DNA of 64,000 nucleotides from Candidatus Latescibacterota bacterium (GTDB lineage Bacteria; Latescibacterota; UBA2968; GCA-2709665): NCBI GenBank assembly GCA_965203805.1, contig OZ241917.1, positions 512,001 to 576,000 of the forward strand, read 5' to 3'. Shown piece by piece: positions 57,608 to 64,000 of this stretch (position 1 is its first letter; each line of letters starts with the position of its first letter). The notes under the pieces were generated by a model. It saw only the letters and a program-made list of their open reading frames with translations, ran no database searches and was not told where the DNA came from. The position numbers and the translations under genes were made by a program.

Positions 57608-59884
57608 ATGGCGCGTTGGAAAATCAGCCCACGCCGACTGGGGGCGTGGGGCATGCTGGCCGTTGTGCTGCTGGGAACCGGTCGCTGCGGAAGGGAGCGG
57701 GAGAATCCGGTCGATCCGAATTTCCCGGGAGGCGGGGCGCTGCAGCCGCCTGGAAACATCCGGGCGCAGGGAGACATCGGTCGCATTCTGTTAACCTGGG
57801 ACGCCGTAAGAGTCGACGACCTGGCGGGGTACGGAGTCTGGCGTGCCACGTCGGCCACGGGCGACTATACCCGGTTGCGCGGCGAGTCGAACGATGCGAA
57901 TGTAACCACCGGTCGAACGGTCTTTGTCGACTCCACGATGGACGCTTCGGCTTCGATGGTATATTTCTACAGGATCACCACGGTGGATGCCAACGGACAA
58001 TCCAGCGAACGGTCCGCCTTCGTCAGTGCCGAAGTGCGCGAAGACAAAAGGCCTCCGGGTGCTCCGTTGAATCTTTCTGCCGTCCAAGACGAAGTCACCG
58101 GCCACGTGGTTCTGTCCTGGGATGCGCCCAAAGCGGACGAGGGTAATGAGGACCTGACGGGTCTGGACGGTTATCGGGTTTTCAGGGCGAAGGAAACCGA
58201 AGACGCATTTGTTCTGATTGCTGCGGTTTCCGCCGCACGGACCGTCTTTACGGACACAACGCGCCTGGAATCCGAAGTCCGGTATTTCTATCAGATTTCC
58301 GCCATCGACAGGTTCCGGAACGAGAGCGCGCGTTCCCGCTCAGCCTCGGTCAACACACCGGAAACCACCGTCGCCGCGCCGGCGGGCCTGCGCACTGTCA
58401 GCAAGGTCGGCAAGATAGAGTTGCATTGGAATCCTTCGGACGAAGAAAATCTCCTGGGTTATCTGGTTCTGCGGTCAACGTCCACCCAGGCGCCATTTGT
58501 GCCCGTGTCGTCGAATTCCCCTTTTACCACGGCTCAGACCATGTATTCGGATTCGGACGTGCAGGTCGACGTGGTTTACTTCTACCGCATCCAGGCAGTC
58601 GTACGGGATCCCGAAGGCGGCGTTGTCGTCGGCGAAGCTTCGCCCTTTGTCGACGGGCAGGCCGAGGCGGATGAATCGCCGCCCGCAGCGCCGACGAACT
58701 TGAGCGTCAGCCTGGATGACGACGATGCCGGCGTTGTTCTGCTGAATTGGGCGGCCCCGACGAGGGATAACGGCGGCGAAGAGTTGACCGGCCTGTCCCA
58801 CTATCGGGTCTTCCGATCCAAAGAGACGGCCGGTTCCTTTGTGGAATTGGCGCAGGTTGCTGGATCCGAGACCACGTTCCGGGATACATCCGTTGAGCCG
58901 CTGACGGTGTATTATTACACCGTGGCCGCGGTTGACCCTGCGAAGAACAGCGGTCCAAGGTCCGCGCCGTTGTCCGTCAACACACCGGGTCTCGCGACCC
59001 CTGTCGGGGTCAGGGCAATTGCCGGCAAGGCCAAGATTACACTGGCCTGGACGCCGAATTCGGAGTCGCAGCTGAGCGGCTATGAAGTGTTGCGCTACAG
59101 CGACCCGCTGCAGCCTGAAGTTTTCTCCAGGTTCAACACGCCGTGGCCGGCCTACGTGGATACGCCCCTGGTCGGCGGCGAGACCCATGCGTATCGCGTG
59201 CGCGCACTGGGATCGGGCGGGCTTGAGAGCAGACTGTCGGATTTCGTACTGGCGACCGTGTTGGCAGACGATCTGGCGCCCGCTCCGCCTGAATTCCTGT
59301 ACGCCAAACTGTCTGGCAATACGGACATTGAGGTGAGTTGGCGCGCTTCAACAACCGATGAGGACGGTTCGGAGCAGACAGGCCTGCATCAGTACAGGAT
59401 TTACAGGTCGGAAGGTACAGGTTCGGCCGGATTCAGGTGGCTGGCGACCGTCGACTCGACAACTTTGAGCTACGTAGACGAAGACCTGGAGACGTCCACC
59501 ACGTACAGTTACCAGGTACGTGCGATCGACGCCAATGGTAACGAGAGTGAAGCTTCCAGGACGGTATCGTTGCAGACCGGTCCTGATAGCCGAATTGGCA
59601 GACCGACCAACGTCGCCGCGGTTGTGCGTAGTCTTCCGGATGAAGGCACCGTCGTGATCGTCACATGGAGGGCGCCCCCGGGCATTACGCGCTTCAGGGT
59701 AAATCGCCAGCGCGTGGGTGCGTATTCGAACAACACTTTCGAAATCGTGTCATACCAGTTGAGTGACACCAAGTACATCGACACCAACGTCGAATCGGGC
59801 AATACGTACATCTATCAAGTGGTTTCCGTGAGAGGTGACGACATCAGCAGTCCGTCCGACCGTGTGGTTGTGGCCGTTCCGTAG
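57608..59884 (+). CDS. fibronectin type III repeat protein, probable lipoprotein
   Basis: Signal peptide with Cys (C-GRERENPVDP) and about seven FN3 units (L.W....L.GY.V.R...F.D.....Y.Y.V.A.D..N.S). Confidence 0.85.
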   Translation: MARWKISPRRLGAWGMLAVVLLGTGRCGRERENPVDPNFPGGGALQPPGNIRAQGDIGRILLTWDAVRVDDLAGYGVWRATSATGDYTRLRGESNDANVTTGRTVFVDSTMDASASMVYFYRITTVDANGQSSERSAFVSAEVREDKRPPGAPLNLSAVQDEVTGHVVLSWDAPKADEGNEDLTGLDGYRVFRAKETEDAFVLIAAVSAARTVFTDTTRLESEVRYFYQISAIDRFRNESARSRSASVNTPETTVAAPAGLRTVSKVGKIELHWNPSDEENLLGYLVLRSTSTQAPFVPVSSNSPFTTAQTMYSDSDVQVDVVYFYRIQAVVRDPEGGVVVGEASPFVDGQAEADESPPAAPTNLSVSLDDDDAGVVLLNWAAPTRDNGGEELTGLSHYRVFRSKETAGSFVELAQVAGSETTFRDTSVEPLTVYYYTVAAVDPAKNSGPRSAPLSVNTPGLATPVGVRAIAGKAKITLAWTPNSESQLSGYEVLRYSDPLQPEVFSRFNTPWPAYVDTPLVGGETHAYRVRALGSGGLESRLSDFVLATVLADDLAPAPPEFLYAKLSGNTDIEVSWRASTTDEDGSEQTGLHQYRIYRSEGTGSAGFRWLATVDSTTLSYVDEDLETSTTYSYQVRAIDANGNESEASRTVSLQTGPDSRIGRPTNVAAVVRSLPDEGTVVIVTWRAPPGITRFRVNRQRVGAYSNNTFEIVSYQLSDTKYIDTNVESGNTYIYQVVSVRGDDISSPSDRVVVAVP

Positions 59885-59910
59885 AACTTCCGGTCGTCAT
59901 ACCAGTTGGC

Positions 59911-59954
59911 AAACGGCAGAGCGCAGTCCCGTGCGGCGCTCTGCCGTTTTGTTG
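59911..59954 (+). terminator. intrinsic terminator
   Basis: AAACGGCAGAGCGC-loop-GCGCTCTGCCGTTT followed by TGTT. Confidence 0.75.
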
Positions 59955-60253
59955 TGCGGGCGAGGGTTCATGAATGGGCGGATTCTCGCCCTGTGAGGGC
60001 CAGTGGTCTGCTATACCTGTACAGCGACGGCAAGATGTCGCGCGGCGTGCGTCAGTCCGTACGCATTCTGTCCGTTAGGACCCGACAACCCGGCGCCTGT
60101 TACGGCATGCGCATTTCCCCCGATCGGCCGCTTAGTTTCTGCAAAGATGAGACTTGCATCATTTCCTTACGCCTGATCGCGTCTCCGGTACGCGGTCTGC
60201 ATAGCACCAGGAGTCCGTTGGCTGGGTTCCCAGGAAAATATGGAGGATCGTCT

Positions 60254-61576
60254 ATGCAGCACGTGCTTCTGGTGGATGGCGACAAGCAATTCCGGGAGGA
60301 AATGAAAGACCGCCTGACGCGGCGGGGGGTTCGTGTGGCTTGCGCGGGAACCGCGCGCGAAGGCTTGAGGTTGTACAGGCGCGGCCGCCCCGGATGTGTG
60401 TTCGCCGAGGCCGAACTCCCGGACGGTGACGGATTTCCGGTTCTCGAGGAAGCGCATCAGCACACGCCTGTGGTGATGGTTAGCGAGGGGTTTTCGCCGG
60501 GCCAGGTTTTCTCGGCCATCTCGGGCGGCGCGTACGACTGTTTGTCCAAGCCGGTGGATGACCCGACGCTTGACGGGCTGCTCTACCGTCTGAGCAGGGA
60601 GAGGAACCCGGCGCCGGCGGATTCCGGACCGGGCGAGCACGTCCCCGATGTCGACGACGTTATGGTTGTCGGACGTTCCCAGAAGATGATCGAGGCGCTA
60701 AAGACGGTTGCCGCGGTCGCGCGCACGCTGACAACCGTTCTTGTCTGCGGGGAAAGCGGCACCGGTAAGGAATTGATGGCCAGGGAAATACACCGCGCGT
60801 CGGGCAGAACGGGGGCATTCGTGGCCGTCAATTGCGTGGCCGTGATGGAGAGCCTTACCGAGAGCGAACTGTTCGGACACGAGCGGGGCGCTTTCACGGG
60901 CGCGGCCGGACGTCGCGCGGGTTGCTTTGAGCAGGCAAGCCACGGCACCCTGTTCCTGGATGAAATCGGTGACGCGCTTCCGACGTTTCAGGCGAAGCTG
61001 CTGCGTGTGCTGGATCACGTTGAATTCGTTCGCGTGGGCGGGCAGGAATCAATCCGTCCCGACGTTCGGGTCGTGGCCGCCACGAATGCCGATCTCGAGC
61101 ATCTGGTCGCGAAGGGGACGTTCAGGGCGGACCTATATTACAGACTCAGCGAGGTCACTGTACAGTTGCCGCCGCTTCGTGATCGTCTGTCGGATATCCC
61201 CGTGCTCACGAGGCGCATACTCGTCGAGATCCGGCGCCGGACGGGTCGAAGCATTGCAGGCATATCTCAGGAAGCCATGCATCGGCTGATGGTCTATCAG
61301 TGGCCGGGCAACGTCAGGGAACTGCAGAACGTGCTGGTCCGGGCGGCGCTTCATTGCCGGGGACGGACGATCCATATCAATCACCTGAAGGGTCTGATCC
61401 GCGACGGGTCGGACGAGACCGACGAATCGCTGACCCTGGCGGACGTGGAACGCAGGCATATCGAGCAGGTGCTGAATGCAACGGGCTGGAACCGCGGCAT
61501 GGCTTGCGACATTCTGGGCGTATCCCGTCCGACGCTCCGGAGAAAGATCAGGGACTATGGGCTTCTCGGAGGATGA
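60254..61576 (+). CDS. sigma-54-dependent Fis-family activator with atypical receiver domain
   Basis: GESGTGKE, ESELFGHE.GAFTGA, LFLDEIG, FR.DLYYRL, WPGNVREL and C-terminal HTH; RBS GGAGG. Confidence 0.9.
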   Translation: MQHVLLVDGDKQFREEMKDRLTRRGVRVACAGTAREGLRLYRRGRPGCVFAEAELPDGDGFPVLEEAHQHTPVVMVSEGFSPGQVFSAISGGAYDCLSKPVDDPTLDGLLYRLSRERNPAPADSGPGEHVPDVDDVMVVGRSQKMIEALKTVAAVARTLTTVLVCGESGTGKELMAREIHRASGRTGAFVAVNCVAVMESLTESELFGHERGAFTGAAGRRAGCFEQASHGTLFLDEIGDALPTFQAKLLRVLDHVEFVRVGGQESIRPDVRVVAATNADLEHLVAKGTFRADLYYRLSEVTVQLPPLRDRLSDIPVLTRRILVEIRRRTGRSIAGISQEAMHRLMVYQWPGNVRELQNVLVRAALHCRGRTIHINHLKGLIRDGSDETDESLTLADVERRHIEQVLNATGWNRGMACDILGVSRPTLRRKIRDYGLLGG

Positions 61577-61639
61577 GCGAGTCCAACCGCCGAACGGCGA
61601 GCGTCCGGGTCCGCGGGCTCTCAAGCCGGACGGACGCGC

Positions 61640-61668
61640 TTGACTTCCCGCGGGCCGAAGTGCATAAT
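61640..61668 (+). promoter_or_regulatory. sigma70 promoter candidate upstream of thrC
   Basis: TTGACT-17nt-CATAAT. Confidence 0.45.
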
Positions 61669-61950
61669 TAGCCTTAATTCCACAAAACCGCAATGCGGTG
61701 CCGCGACGAAACCTTTCGAAGTGGGCCGAAAAGGTCGTCCGGAAGGACATTTTTTCCGTTTACGTCCAGTGACCTGAAGGATCATAGAAATCAGCAGTTA
61801 AATCGCCTTTATTCACTTGCACATATTCGAATTAACGTCCCCGAATAATGACGAATCAAGGTTAGACCGTCTTGTCGCGAGGATTCTTCGAACACGAACC
61901 CGGGCGCTCGTTTTCATGTCTCCGGGACAGATCATCGGTCTGGAGGACGG

Positions 61951-63150
61951 ATGGGATATCTGGTCGACCTGGAGTGTACCCGTTGCGGAAGGACCCATGA
62001 AAGTCAAAGACTCTGGAATCTGAGCGCTTGCTGCGAGGCGCCGCTTTTTGCCAGGTACGATCTGGAGAAAGCGTCGAGATCCGTCAATAGAGCGGATCTG
62101 GCGGGACGGGAGGCGACAATGTGGCGGTACGAGGAGGTCCTGCCCGTGGAACACGCCGCGTACCGCGTAAGCCTGGGCGAGGGGTTCACACCGCTGCTGA
62201 AGGTCGAGGCCCTGGGAAGCCGGATCGGTTTGCGCGACCTGTACGTTAAGGATGAGGGGGTCAATCCAACCGGCTCGTTCAAGGCGCGCGGGCTGTCGGC
62301 GGCGATTTCCAGGGCGGCGGAGCTGGGGGCGGCGGCAGTGGCCATTCCGTCCGCAGGGAACGCAGGCGGCGCAACCGCAGCCTACGCGGCGCGTGCGGGA
62401 CTGCCCGCATATGTCTTCATGCCGGTGGATGTTCCGGCGGCGAACACGGTGGAATGCGAGCGCCTGGGCGCGCACGTGACGCTTGTGAACGGGTTGATTA
62501 CGGATTGCGGGAGGATGGTGGCCGATCGCAAGGCCGATGAGGGTTGGTTCGACGTCTCAACGCTCAAAGAGCCGTATCGGGTGGAAGGGAAAAAGACGAT
62601 GGGTTATGAACTTGCCGAGCAGCTGGGCTGGGAATTGCCGGACGTCGTTCTGTACCCCACCGGTGGCGGCACGGGTCTGATCGGCATGTGGAAGGCGTTT
62701 GACGAAATGGAAGCCATGGGGTGGATCGGCGCGGCTCGTCCCAGGATGGTGGCGGTTCAGGCCGCCGGCTGTGCGCCCATCGTCAGGGCATACGAGGCCG
62801 GCGCCGAGTCGGCCGAAACCTGGGACGGCGCGGAAACCGTCGCGTCCGGACTGCGGGTTCCGGGCGCCGTGGGCGACTTTCTGATGCTTCGGGCCATCCG
62901 GGAAAGCAACGGCACGGCCGTTGCCGTCACCGATGACGCGTTGTTGGGGTGCGTCGAGGAAATGGCTTCGTCGACCGGTATCTTCCCGGCCCCGGAAGGT
63001 GCGGCGACGCTTGCCGGGCTGAAACAGCTCGTCTCGGACGGGTGGGTAACCCCTGCGGACCGGGTGGTACTCTTCAATACCGGAACCGGGTTGAAATATA
63101 TCGAGGCCATTGAGTCGTTTGAAGAACTTCCCCGGACGCGGATCGGATGA
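61951..63150 (+). CDS. thrC: threonine synthase
   Basis: LGEG.TPL, KDE..NPTGSFKARG (PLP Lys), SAGNAG, EGKKT and PTGGG.G. Confidence 0.85.
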   Translation: MGYLVDLECTRCGRTHESQRLWNLSACCEAPLFARYDLEKASRSVNRADLAGREATMWRYEEVLPVEHAAYRVSLGEGFTPLLKVEALGSRIGLRDLYVKDEGVNPTGSFKARGLSAAISRAAELGAAAVAIPSAGNAGGATAAYAARAGLPAYVFMPVDVPAANTVECERLGAHVTLVNGLITDCGRMVADRKADEGWFDVSTLKEPYRVEGKKTMGYELAEQLGWELPDVVLYPTGGGTGLIGMWKAFDEMEAMGWIGAARPRMVAVQAAGCAPIVRAYEAGAESAETWDGAETVASGLRVPGAVGDFLMLRAIRESNGTAVAVTDDALLGCVEEMASSTGIFPAPEGAATLAGLKQLVSDGWVTPADRVVLFNTGTGLKYIEAIESFEELPRTRIG

Positions 63151-63232
63151 GTGTTCGTGGCGAGTCGCGCCGTCCGCACCCGTCGACCGGATTGAACCAC
63201 GGCGAAATCGCAGGACAGGAGGCGCTCACGCG

Positions 63233-63622
63233 ATGAAGAAGAGGACGATCGGAAAATTCCAGAGTTTCGTTCTCGAGGCAGACGACACGGTCGTGCTGAT
63301 GGGTAACCTGAAGGCCCATGCGGACTTCCTGGCGCGTCTCGGATTCAGCCGGCACCCCGAAACCGGCGAGTTTATCGGAACGGGCGCCAATCTTTACGCC
63401 ATGGCGCCAGACGATTTCTACGATCGGTTCAGTGCGCGCACGGGCGCGGACCCGGAACTGACCGCGCAGGCTCACGACGGCGAGGATTTCTACCAGATCG
63501 ACGGGTTGCCGCTGGCCGCGGCCCATGCCGACGGCGAGCCGTATATCGAGGCAATTACGGCCGTGGATATCGAGACCCGGGTGTATATCGAGCAGGGAGT
63601 GGCGAACTTCAGGGTCGGGTAG
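63233..63622 (+). CDS. hypothetical protein (129 aa)
   Basis: RBS AGGAGG and genome-typical codon usage. Confidence 0.65.
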   Translation: MKKRTIGKFQSFVLEADDTVVLMGNLKAHADFLARLGFSRHPETGEFIGTGANLYAMAPDDFYDRFSARTGADPELTAQAHDGEDFYQIDGLPLAAAHADGEPYIEAITAVDIETRVYIEQGVANFRVG

Positions 63623-63633
63623 GCGCGTACCTG

Positions 63634-64000
63634 TTACGCATTCAGGTATTCGAGCGCAAGCGCTGCTGCCCGGTATCCGCTTTCCACCGCGCTTTCGACG
63701 GTGGCCGGCAGGCCGGTGTCAGTCCAATCTCCCGCAATGTAGAGCCCGGGGGTCGTCGTGCGGTTGGGTGGGGGTGACTGGCCACCGGGAAGGGCGAAAG
63801 TGGCCTGTCGTTCACGAACAACCAGATGGTGCTCCAGCTGGTTTTGTCTCGTTGCGGGAAGAACGTCGTGCAGTTCCTCCAGCGCAATCTCCACAAGTCT
63901 ATCGTCCGGCTGGTCCACCAGCCGATCCGCGGCGCTTGCAACCAGGGTTACGTGCCCCGGCGACGCCCTGTCACGACCGTCGTAGAGCATCGGTTTGTTG
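63634..64000 (-). CDS. hpnE: hydroxysqualene dehydroxylase HpnE-like flavoprotein, 3' part (truncated by window)
   Basis: VRE..ATF and L.IAGDWT.TGLPAT.E.AV.SG..AA C-terminal motif. Confidence 0.7.
   Translation of the reverse strand, partial: NKPMLYDGRDRASPGHVTLVASAADRLVDQPDDRLVEIALEELHDVLPATRQNQLEHHLVVRERQATFALPGGQSPPPNRTTTPGLYIAGDWTDTGLPATVESAVESGYRAAALALEYLNA

Noticed and set aside
61700-61750. c-di-GMP-I riboswitch look-alike (AAACC..CGAA..GGG..AAAG)
   Set aside because: The P2 stem with GNRA loop and the P3 receptor cannot be formed.

Overview
GC-rich bacterial chromosomal window with about 50 CDSs and two tRNAs (Glu-CTC, Arg-ACG). It holds housekeeping genes (nadB, guaA, glnA, hrcA-grpE-dnaJ, thrC, a 3' fragment of hpnE), a Dpp/Opp-type ABC importer, a glycan/sugar catabolic cluster (heparinase II/III-like, CocE/NonD, beta-helix, nitrilase, two Gfo/Idh/MocA), GT2-tonB-exbBD-RND genes, an FN3 lipoprotein and a small degenerate island with an IS630 remnant next to tRNA-Glu. 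PhyH-HEAT, FN3 and 'DFDG..V.F.DF..F..AFG' EF-hand/dockerin-like modules suggest a Latescibacterota/Gemmatimonadota-like, possibly sponge-associated organism (inference only). The top find is at 15783-17629 on the minus strand. A compact methionyl-tRNA synthetase with altered signature motifs (HLGF for HIGH, KIGKS for KMSKS) is preceded by a complete trp-style transcription attenuator: a sigma70 promoter, an unannotated 52-aa leader peptide with Met-Tyr-Met control codons, and mutually exclusive 1:2, 2:3 and 3:4 hairpins. It sits back-to-back with a stand-alone, motif-variant mraY. Other candidates are an orphan basic/acidic toxin-immunity-like gene pair, a dockerin-like module inserted inside a GH5 domain, an RNA-thermometer-like hrcA leader, a D-to-E sigma54 activator and several families of palindromic repeats. 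No CRISPR array was found.
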